NCBI GenBank assembly: GCA_030621085.1
Contig: JAUXIJ010000004.1
Coordinates: 8,830 to 72,829, forward strand
Length of the DNA stretch: 64,000 nucleotides
Source: Candidatus Cloacimonadota bacterium
GTDB taxonomy: Bacteria; Cloacimonadota; Cloacimonadia; Cloacimonadales; TCS61
Reading direction: 5' to 3'
The position numbers and the translations under genes were made by a program. The notes beneath the pieces were generated by a model. That model ran no database searches. It was not told the DNA's origin and saw nothing but the letters and a program-made list of their open reading frames with translations. Below are positions 9,121-16,727 of this stretch, piece after piece (position 1 is the first letter of the stretch; every line of letters begins with the position of its first letter).

Positions 9121-9177
9121 CTCCTTGTCACGGCGTATCTGACCACTCACGAGTGGTACAAAAAAGCCGGACTTTTA
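9121..9177 (-). promoter_or_regulatory. Conserved intercistronic leader element, copy 4 (P7 to P6 junction).
   Basis: Same core and hairpin as copy 1. It begins at the P7 stop codon (9175-9177). Confidence 0.55.
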
Positions 9178-10164
9178 ATGAATTATAGCAATTTTTTTCA
9201 TTACTTGTGTTTCTCCATCATAATTGAGTTTAAGAAAATAAATACCACTACTTAAACTCGCCATATTTACGAAAACTTTGTTTTTTCCTTGTTTACCAGG
9301 ACTACTGACTATATTTTTTACTTTTTGCCCTTTAATGTTATAAAGTTCAATATATATTGGCTTTTGAGTTAAAAGGTTAAAATAAATATTTGTAGAATTA
9401 TTTATTGGATTGGGAATAATTGTGACACCATTTTCTTTTGATACTTCGTCCTCAACACCTGTACCATCAGACAAATAGAAAAATAATTTTGGACGTTTAC
9501 TCTCATTATTAGCTTCAAAAGTTTTAATAGTAATCCCGTCCTTTAGAGAATCCCCATCTGTATTAACTTCAAAAGCTATGCGGTATTGCGTTAAAATTCG
9601 TCCCATATCATAATCTTGTAAAGCATATTCTGTCACATTCAGATAACGATAACCTTCTATACCACTTTCAGTTATTGTACCGATATTATGAGTAAAAGTA
9701 TCAGGATTTCCGATATCACCTTTTTCCCAATCTTCAAAATCAAGTTGAAAGCCGTAATCTATATGACTCATTATGCACTTTATTGTATCTCCTCCGGTAA
9801 TATTCCATTCGGGAAAACCAAAACCTCCCAATTCTGATCCGTTACAAAATGCTCTATGCTGGTATAAACGAATATACACACTGTCTAAATCATAGTTCTC
9901 CGGAATTTGAGGTAATTCAAAGGATACAAATGAGCGGTTACAAGAATTTGGTGGGGGACCGGGTACTAACGGAACTCCGGTATCTCCTGCTTGCATTTGA
10001 TAGGTAAAGTTATTCAGTAATTCCGGTTCTCCTTCCGGATTAAAAAGAATTGTTCCATCCAGTTCCGGCACGGAATAAACGCTGTCGATGATTGTGTCTG
10101 AAAATAAGAATGTAAAATGGAAAATGAAGAATGTAAAAAGTAAAATGGTTAGTATTAATTTCAT
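9175..10164 (-). CDS. Secreted T9SS-cargo protein, array paralog P7 (first gene of the array).
   Basis: Signal peptide, then SDTIIDSVYSVPELDG. Family motifs are present. The CTD is IIPNPINNSTNI...LYNIKGQK...GIYFLKL...KKIAIIH. RBS GGAGGTAGCTATG. Confidence 0.85.
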   Translation of the reverse strand: MKLILTILLFTFFIFHFTFLFSDTIIDSVYSVPELDGTILFNPEGEPELLNNFTYQMQAGDTGVPLVPGPPPNSCNRSFVSFELPQIPENYDLDSVYIRLYQHRAFCNGSELGGFGFPEWNITGGDTIKCIMSHIDYGFQLDFEDWEKGDIGNPDTFTHNIGTITESGIEGYRYLNVTEYALQDYDMGRILTQYRIAFEVNTDGDSLKDGITIKTFEANNESKRPKLFFYLSDGTGVEDEVSKENGVTIIPNPINNSTNIYFNLLTQKPIYIELYNIKGQKVKNIVSSPGKQGKNKVFVNMASLSSGIYFLKLNYDGETQVMKKIAIIH

Positions 10165-10571
10165 AGCTACCTCCTAAAACATTATTATTGCAACAGTTTT
10201 GAAGATCACGTTTTTCAGTTTAGTTTTCCAAATCCAGGTTTCTAAATTCTTATCAATTTTACGATGATACCAGTTTCTCTATAATTCATTTAGCAAAAAA
10301 CCAAATCCTTGTTTACTAAAATTAAAAAATTATGTCAATTACTTTTTTAAAATAAATCCTGTTTAGCACAAATGACAGAACAATGTTCTGTCACTACAAT
10401 ATTTTTTTTAGCAGTACGTATTATACTGATGCGTCAGAAACCTTGCGATTCAATCTACTCCGATAAATCGGAGAACCTGCTGAAGACAGAATGATGTTTT
10501 GTTACTACATTGAACCATTGAAAAGGTCAAGCAAGAAGAATGTTCCCATTAGAGACCATTTTCAAGGTTTT
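10165..10571 (-). repeat. Upstream repeat, copy B (longest copy), between the EEP-gene remnant and P7.
   Basis: Read on the minus strand, it matches 34474-34760 (plus strand) from the stop codon onward. Shared strings are AAAACCTTGAAAA(C/T)GGTCTCT, the palindrome GACAGAACATTGTTCTGTC, AATTGACATA and GATAAGAATTT(A/G)GAAACCTGGATTTG. It carries an extra ~95-nt internal insertion or duplication at about 10395-10490. Confidence 0.7.
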
Positions 10572-10989
10572 TTATTCAAGAACCAATTTCAATACCACAG
10601 GTCGGTGGTCGGTGATATATTTGTACCTGGCACCATTTCCGCCTTCCATAAATTTATCGATAGTAATTGTTTTTATATCTGAACCCTTTTTTTCAAATTC
10701 ATCAAACAGCTCGTTGGAAATTAGAATATGATCGAGATGACTGCGATATTTCCAATATGGATAGCTCCAGTTGGCTGTGCTGTCCGCTGCAATGAACCAG
10801 TCTGCAAAATAGTAGTTCTGTTTATCATAAACATATTGATACCATAATGATTTTGCAAAGACTATTTTTTGTCTTCGCTTGTTCTCGAAAACATGATTAC
10901 AATGTAAACATTTATACCGTTGTTTGCTATTCCATTTACTATTTTTTTGTATGATAAGATTTGCATTTGGGACACTGTTTATTACTCAT
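10572..10989 (-). pseudogene. Chimeric, frameshifted pseudogene. A CxxC...CxxC zinc-ribbon N-terminus (of the type found on transposases) is joined to the 3' third of an EEP-family gene.
   Basis: My own translation: ATG at 10987-10989 (RBS GGAG) gives MSNKQCPKCKSYHTKK, then TAG at 10939-10941 right after an A7 run (10942-10948). Shifting one base gives ...NSKWNSKQRYKCLHCNHVFENKRRQKIVFAKSLWYQYVYDKQNYYFADWFIAADSTANWSYPYWKYRSHLDHILISNELFDEF...ITDHRPVVLKLVLE*. From DKQNYYFADW onward this is near-identical to the C-terminus of the 33550-34473 protein. Confidence 0.6.
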
Positions 10990-11230
10990 TTTTATTCTCC
11001 TAAATAAAAATACGTACTTAAATACTTAACATATTTATATTTAACACCATTTTTAGCAACAAACTTTTGTCCATTACGCCAAAGAAAAACAGAAAAAATG
11101 TGTCAACCATATTTAGGACTGGACAAATTGATTCCCCTTCTTTGTTTGAGAGAAGGGGTAAGGGGATGAGTTAAACCCCCACCAATTCAGCGGGGGTTCG
11201 GTTTTTTAATTTCTAACAAACTATTAATTA

Positions 11231-12505
11231 TCAGCTTTTTTTCATTTCACCAAAGTTCAGAATTAAATTCAGAAGGATACCGACTATAGCAGCCAGACCC
11301 AATCCGCTTAGTTGAAAATTACCAACAGCAAATTTAGCTCCACCTAATCCCAGAACCAGCATTGCAGCACTTATCATTAAAATCTTAGGATCAGAAAAAT
11401 TAACTTTGTGGTCTACCATGTTTTTGATACCGATAGATGAGATCATACCGAAAAGCAGAACGGAAATACCGCCAATAACAGGTCCGGGAATAGTAGAGAT
11501 GATGGAGGTAAATTTGGGGATAAAAGAAAGCAAGATGGCAAAAACAGCTGCAATCCTCATGATGACAGGATTATAAACACCAGTTAGTGCAACAGCACCT
11601 GTATTTTCGCTGTAAGTTGTGTTTGCCGGACCACCAATAAGGGCAGAAAGAGTGGTAGCCAGTCCATCCCCGATTAAGGTTCTGTGAATACCAGGTTTTT
11701 TTATAAAATCATTTCCTGTTACATTTCCAATAGCTAATACATCCCCGAAGTGTTCTACAATAGTTACAATTGCTATTGGAACAATGATAGAAAGTGAACG
11801 TGTAGAAAAAACAGGTAAAGAAAATTTGGGAAGACCAAACCAAGCAGCTTCTTCTATTGGTGTAAAATTAACGATACCCAGGATCATTGCGAAGATATAT
11901 CCAAAAATGAGTGCTAAAAGAACAGGCAGCATAGAGATGAATTTCTTGCCGACCTTTGCAAAGTATATCTTCACAAATACTGCTACAGTAAAAGTAAAGA
12001 GTGCTACTCCCCAACATCCATTCGTTCCGATTATGTCCACTATATGTGGAGCAAAAGTACCATTAGAATTTTGAATGGCAACCGGTGCCAAAATCAAACC
12101 GATAAGAACAATCATAGGTCCTGTAACGTGGGGAGGAAGAATCTTGTGGATTATATCAGATCCCACATATTTGAAAATTATAGCTACGATTATGTACATT
12201 ATCCCTGCAACAGCAATTCCTCCTAATGCTTCTGGTAAAGAACCACCCTGAGCTGTTGCTACAGCAATGATACCCGGGATAAAAGCGAAAGATGAACCCA
12301 GGAAAACGGGGACCTGAAATTTAGTTACAATATGAAATAAAAGTGTTCCAATACCTGCCGCAAAAAGCGTTACTCCCACATCCAGTCCCGTGATAAGAGG
12401 AACAAGAATGGTTGCTCCGAACATAACAAAAGTGTGTTGCAAACCCATTACAATGTTTTTGCCATTAAGATCTTTCATAGCATCTCCTTTTCTTTTTTTC
12501 ATCAA
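11231..12505 (-). CDS. uraA: Uracil/xanthine permease, NCS2 family.
   Basis: LQHTFVMFGATILVPLITG, GIGTLLFH, FLGSSFAF, EHFGD and NTTYSENTG align along the full length with what I recall of E. coli UraA. The true start may be an internal Met. Confidence 0.85.
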   Translation of the reverse strand: MMKKRKGDAMKDLNGKNIVMGLQHTFVMFGATILVPLITGLDVGVTLFAAGIGTLLFHIVTKFQVPVFLGSSFAFIPGIIAVATAQGGSLPEALGGIAVAGIMYIIVAIIFKYVGSDIIHKILPPHVTGPMIVLIGLILAPVAIQNSNGTFAPHIVDIIGTNGCWGVALFTFTVAVFVKIYFAKVGKKFISMLPVLLALIFGYIFAMILGIVNFTPIEEAAWFGLPKFSLPVFSTRSLSIIVPIAIVTIVEHFGDVLAIGNVTGNDFIKKPGIHRTLIGDGLATTLSALIGGPANTTYSENTGAVALTGVYNPVIMRIAAVFAILLSFIPKFTSIISTIPGPVIGGISVLLFGMISSIGIKNMVDHKVNFSDPKILMISAAMLVLGLGGAKFAVGNFQLSGLGLAAIVGILLNLILNFGEMKKS

Positions 12506-12655
12506 TTTTTCAATTATTGATTATTGATTTTTTAAATTATTATATGTATGTCAATTGGAATTTCTAAAGAGTAATATTAATGATGGTTCATAGCTCACTT
12601 TCTTCTTCTTGACATCTACATTAACAAGGAAATTATTCATCCAGAGATATGTAAA

Positions 12656-13348
12656 ATGAATAAAAGAAAAACAAAAATTACTCGTAATTACCTGATGCAT
12701 CCGGCAGGATCGGTGTTGATCGAAACCGGTAATACAAAAGTTATTTGTACGGCAATGATAGAAAAGGGAGTACCCTCGTTCCTGAAAGAAGTTGACCCAC
12801 CCCAGGGTTGGCTCACAGCCGAATACAGCATGCTTCCCGGTGCTCCCAATCAACGGTTCAAGCGAGAACGCGGAAAATCGAATAGCCGCTCAACAGAGAT
12901 ACAAAGACTTATCGGGCGTGTATTGCGAACAACAGTGGATATGACAAAATTCCCCGGGTTTACTATACATGTGGATTGTGATGTTATCCAGGCGGATGGC
13001 GGCACCAGGACAGCTGCCATTACCGGAGCTTGTGTAGCCATCAAAGATGCATTTACTAATATGATATCCGAAGGCTCGATAACTGAAGATCCCTTCAAAG
13101 AATGGATAGCTGCTGTGAGTGTAGGCATGGTGAATAGTGAAGCGGTGGTCGATCTTTGTTACGAAGAAGATTTCCAGGCAGATGTAGATATGAATATCGT
13201 GATGACCGAAAGTGGAAAATATGTGGAAATCCAGAGAACGGGTGAAACTAAGTCCTTTTCCGATGAAGAGCTGAGAGAAATGCTGAAGGAAGCAAAGAAA
13301 GCTATCAGACAGCTCATTAAGTTTCAGAAACGATTGTATGAAAAGTGA
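12656..13348 (+). CDS. rph: Ribonuclease PH.
   Basis: TRNYLMHPAGSVLIETGNTKVICTA, GWLTAEYSMLP, STEIQRLIGR, DCDVIQADGGTRTAAITGA and DMNIVMTE. Confidence 0.95.
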   Translation: MNKRKTKITRNYLMHPAGSVLIETGNTKVICTAMIEKGVPSFLKEVDPPQGWLTAEYSMLPGAPNQRFKRERGKSNSRSTEIQRLIGRVLRTTVDMTKFPGFTIHVDCDVIQADGGTRTAAITGACVAIKDAFTNMISEGSITEDPFKEWIAAVSVGMVNSEAVVDLCYEEDFQADVDMNIVMTESGKYVEIQRTGETKSFSDEELREMLKEAKKAIRQLIKFQKRLYEK

Positions 13349-13416
13349 CAACTTTTACTTGACATCAACTACTGCTCGAACGAGGAAGTATTCCACTTAA
13401 ATTTATAGGAAATGAT

Positions 13417-14187
13417 ATGTTTAGGAAAAAAAGGAAAAAGATTAAAAGAAAAAAAAATATTATTCAGGAATATGTGGAAGCTATCCTGTTTGCTTTTGTG
13501 GTGGCAATGCTCATCCGCAATTATACGATACAGACCTTTAAAATTCCTTCTTCATCTATGGAGTCTACCCTTCTTATCGGTGATTTTCTTATAGGAAATA
13601 AACTGAAGTATTTCTTTGATGATCCCGAGCAGGAAGATATCGTTATTTTCCAATATCCGGCTGATCCGGAAGAACCGGAACCACGTGAAAACTTTGAAAA
13701 GATACTTGGCCCTATTTACTTAGATAAAACCCGATGGATACCGATCTGGCATCAGAAGAAGAATGTGGTGAAACGTGTGATCGGGATGCCGGGAGATAAA
13801 GTGGAACTGATCGATAAAGAAGTGTATGTTAACGATAAATTGTTCCATCAAGGATACGAACAATATATTGATTCGCGCATTATTCCGCGGGGATCCGGCA
13901 GGATCTACTGGGATGATGAATTCATGGGAAGCAGAGACAATTTCGGTCCCGTCATTGTTCCCGAAGGACAGTATTTTGTTATGGGAGATAATCGTGATGT
14001 GAGCGGTGACAGCCGCTACTGGGGATTTCTACCTCGAGTAGATATTACTGGTACTCCAGCAGTGATCTATATGTCCATCGGTAAACCACCCTACAAAGAT
14101 ATTCGAGATTACATATATAAACAGCAGAGAAGGTTCAAAGGAAAATCCGAGATCAGATGGAAGAGATTTTTCAAACTGATCCACTGA
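13417..14187 (+). CDS. lepB: Signal peptidase I.
   Basis: IPSSSMESTLLIGDFL (catalytic Ser box), KRVIGMPGD (Lys box) and GDNRDVSGDSRYWGFLP. Confidence 0.9.
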   Translation: MFRKKRKKIKRKKNIIQEYVEAILFAFVVAMLIRNYTIQTFKIPSSSMESTLLIGDFLIGNKLKYFFDDPEQEDIVIFQYPADPEEPEPRENFEKILGPIYLDKTRWIPIWHQKKNVVKRVIGMPGDKVELIDKEVYVNDKLFHQGYEQYIDSRIIPRGSGRIYWDDEFMGSRDNFGPVIVPEGQYFVMGDNRDVSGDSRYWGFLPRVDITGTPAVIYMSIGKPPYKDIRDYIYKQQRRFKGKSEIRWKRFFKLIH

Positions 14188-15272
14188 TTGAACATATTTA
14201 TATTCATGTTCCTTTCTGCTTAAAGAAATGTGATTATTGCTCATTTTACTCGGAAATATTTTCTGAAGAAGTAAAAAATAAATATCTTACAAATCTAACA
14301 AAAGAAATAGAAGCTTACAAAGCTCATTTCAAAATACAACCTCGAACGATATATTTCGGTGGCGGAACTCCATCTCTTTTGCTACCGGAAGAGATCGAAT
14401 CGATCTTACAAAGATTTAATACATCTAACACGATCGAAGCTACACTAGAGATCAATCCTGTTAGTATAACATGTGAATACGCAAATAAACTTAAACAGAC
14501 AAGTATTAATCGTATCAGCCTTGGAGCACAGTCATTTGTAGATGAAGAACTAAAATTGCTTGGTCGTCTGCATAACTCGAAGCAAATAATAAAAGCATAT
14601 GATCATCTTCGAGCAGCTGGTTTTACCAACATCTCGTTGGATCTGATCTATGGGCTTCCCCGGCAGAAAAAATCCGATCTGTTATTTTCTATAGAAAAAT
14701 CCATAGAACTTGATCCCGAGCATATTTCTACATATTGTTTAAGTTTAGATGAGGATGTTCCGTTATTCTCGCAAAAAGCTTTAATTCCTGATGATGAAAC
14801 CGTTTCTGAATTCTATTATCTGATTCGAAAGAAATTGATCTCGGCGGGTTTTGAGCAATATGAAATTTCCAACTTTGCTAGAAAAAGATTTGAATCGGAG
14901 CATAATTTGTGCTATTGGAAAGATAAATTTTATCTGGGACTGGGACCTGCTGCTGCTGGATATATTGATTTATTCAGATATACAAACCCAGCTGATATTA
15001 AGAAGTATTTTCAAATGGATCTTTTCTTGAACTGGAAAAAAATATCGGATGAGGACCATGAAAAGGAATTCATTTTTTTAGCGTTAAGAAAAACAAAAGG
15101 AATGAATTTGAAAGATTTTCAATTTAGTTTTAAAGAAAATTTTCTTTTAAAATATGAAAAAGAAATTGCAAAATATTTGGAAAATAAATATCTGGAAATT
15201 GCTGGAGATTTTATCAGATTAACTCCTAAATCTTATTTTATATCGAATGAGATTTTTACGGAGTTTATGTAA
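14157..15272 (+). CDS. hemW: Radical SAM heme chaperone HemW / HemN-like protein.
   Basis: IYIHVPFCLKKCDYCSFYS (CxxxCxxC), IYFGGGTPSLL and the C-terminal HemN_C-like region. It overlaps the lepB 3' end by 31 nt. Confidence 0.85.
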   Translation: MEEIFQTDPLIEHIYIHVPFCLKKCDYCSFYSEIFSEEVKNKYLTNLTKEIEAYKAHFKIQPRTIYFGGGTPSLLLPEEIESILQRFNTSNTIEATLEINPVSITCEYANKLKQTSINRISLGAQSFVDEELKLLGRLHNSKQIIKAYDHLRAAGFTNISLDLIYGLPRQKKSDLLFSIEKSIELDPEHISTYCLSLDEDVPLFSQKALIPDDETVSEFYYLIRKKLISAGFEQYEISNFARKRFESEHNLCYWKDKFYLGLGPAAAGYIDLFRYTNPADIKKYFQMDLFLNWKKISDEDHEKEFIFLALRKTKGMNLKDFQFSFKENFLLKYEKEIAKYLENKYLEIAGDFIRLTPKSYFISNEIFTEFM

Positions 15273-15437
15273 AAACCTTCGGAACGGTTAAAATCCTTCC
15301 TAATGGTTTTATAAGAGTTTCTTGTTCTCAAGTCGAACTTGAGAACACAATTGTATGGAAGTTTAACTTCCATCGAACAAAGATGATTCGTTCGCAAGTA
15401 CAACTTACGAACGAGATTATTTTAGCCTGGAGTAAAA

Positions 15438-16685
15438 ATGAAATATATCTTAATTATTATAATTCTTGCGGTTAGCTTTTCAGCGTGTACTGAAATTCTC
15501 ATTCCAATGGACCTTACACAATCAAACCACCTGAAAGCTTATGGGGTAGCTTTCTCTGCACTGAAAATGCAGATGATCGTGAAGTGGCTCCTAAATTACC
15601 GTGGCGGTTCCTGGATCATTCCGGATTCTCCAGAAATAGAAGGATTTTGCAACATTCGTGGAGTGAGCTACGAAAATATATCGGCTATTGAGATTGCTTC
15701 CATAACTTCAGAGATTGAAGCATCCAATATGGATATAGTAGTACTGGAAAAAGAACCGACCATTGCCATTTACACTCCTCCTAATAAACAGCCCTGGGAT
15801 GATGCGGTTACTTTGGCTCTTACTTATGCAGAAATCGAATATGAAACCGTCTGGGATGAGGAAGTACTTGCCGGAAAGCTGGATAAATATGACTGGTTGC
15901 ATCTGCATCATGAAGATTTTACAGGGCAATATGGCAAATTCTATTCTGGATTTCGTAATGCTCCCTGGTATCAGGAAGATGTACGTAATAATGAGGAACT
16001 TGCTGTCAAACTCGGTTTCAATAAAGTATGGAAATTAAAGCATGCTGTAGCAGAGAAGATACGGGAATATGTAAAAAACGGAGGATTCTTATTTGCCATG
16101 TGTGCCGCAACCGATACTTACGATATTGCTCTGGCAGCACGAAATGTGGATATCTGTGAACCGGTTTTTGATGGAGATGGTTTCGATCCAGATTACCAAA
16201 GCAAGTTGGATTTTTCACGCACTTTTGCCTTTGAGAATTTCGAATTGATCACCAATCCATTTGTGTATGAATTCTCCGGAATCGATGCCAGCGATTATGC
16301 TAAACTCCGCGGAGCAGAAGCCGATTATTTCACACTTTTCGATTTTTCCGCTAAATACGATCCCGTTCCTACAATGCTTACCCAATGTCACACCAGCATC
16401 ATCAATGGTTTTCTGGGGCAGACAACATCTTTTCATAAAAAATACGTTAAGAAAAGTGTGATCATTCTGGGAGAATCTCCACAGGTAGAGGAAGTGAAAT
16501 ACTTACATGGGAACTTTGGAAAAGGTACGTTTACGTTTTATGGTGGTCACGATCCGGAAGATTATCAGCACAGGATAGGTGATCCTGAAACTGTGTTAGA
16601 CCTTCATAAACAGTCACCAGGCTACAGACTTATATTGAATAATATTCTCTTTCCAGCAGCAGAGAAGAAAAAATTGAAAACATAA
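15438..16685 (+). CDS. Conserved hypothetical lipoprotein of unknown function.
   Basis: Lipobox ILAVSFSAC. It is a long, well-conserved-looking ORF (NHLKAYGVAF, WLLNYRGGSW, DWLHLHHEDFTGQYGKFY). I could not assign a catalytic family from the sequence alone. Confidence 0.6.
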   Translation: MKYILIIIILAVSFSACTEILIPMDLTQSNHLKAYGVAFSALKMQMIVKWLLNYRGGSWIIPDSPEIEGFCNIRGVSYENISAIEIASITSEIEASNMDIVVLEKEPTIAIYTPPNKQPWDDAVTLALTYAEIEYETVWDEEVLAGKLDKYDWLHLHHEDFTGQYGKFYSGFRNAPWYQEDVRNNEELAVKLGFNKVWKLKHAVAEKIREYVKNGGFLFAMCAATDTYDIALAARNVDICEPVFDGDGFDPDYQSKLDFSRTFAFENFELITNPFVYEFSGIDASDYAKLRGAEADYFTLFDFSAKYDPVPTMLTQCHTSIINGFLGQTTSFHKKYVKKSVIILGESPQVEEVKYLHGNFGKGTFTFYGGHDPEDYQHRIGDPETVLDLHKQSPGYRLILNNILFPAAEKKKLKT

Positions 16686-16727
16686 AACCTTGCGAACGGT
16701 TGAAGAATTTGTGGGTTAGCACCCACC

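Noticed and set aside
4801-9177. The idea that the intercistronic hairpin elements are integron attC-like recombination sites between gene cassettes.
   Set aside because: The window has no integrase gene, no GTTRRRY-type core sites and no extended imperfect R''/L''-L'/R' palindrome. The 6-7 bp stem is much simpler than an attC site.
2371-10164. A diversity-generating retroelement or an invertible-promoter (inverton) mechanism for the paralog array.
   Set aside because: The window has no reverse transcriptase and no template/variable repeat pair with adenine-specific differences. There are no inverted repeats flanking the upstream elements and no recombinase gene.
10491-10731. Plus-strand ORFs 10491-10682 and 10540-10731.
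   Set aside because: They overlap the minus-strand EEP remnant and repeat copy B. The opposite strand has clear homology to a real protein.
11175-11215. ACCCCC...GGGGGT followed by TCGGTTTTTT downstream of uraA, considered as a terminator.
   Set aside because: The T-run is on the plus strand, where there is no upstream gene. On the minus strand (the uraA sense) the tail is not U-rich. It is more likely part of the GGGG-rich dispersed repeat.
12609-12614. Recurrent (C)TTGACA hexamers upstream of genes (12609, 13359, 18597, 27627, 50983 and inside the upstream repeats), considered as -35 promoter elements.
   Set aside because: I found no consistently spaced -10 hexamer (the spacers I checked were 9-18 nt to weak matches). 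The promoter consensus of this lineage is unknown to me. I did not call them as promoters.
12551-13351. Minus-strand ORFs 12551-12853, 12850-13128 and 12890-13351.
   Set aside because: They are antisense to the unambiguous rph gene and have no recognisable motifs.
16711-16726. The hairpin GTGGGT-TAGC-ACCCAC between the convergent genes 15438-16685 and the PiT gene, considered as a terminator.
   Set aside because: The stem is short and there is no U-rich tail on either strand. The evidence is insufficient.
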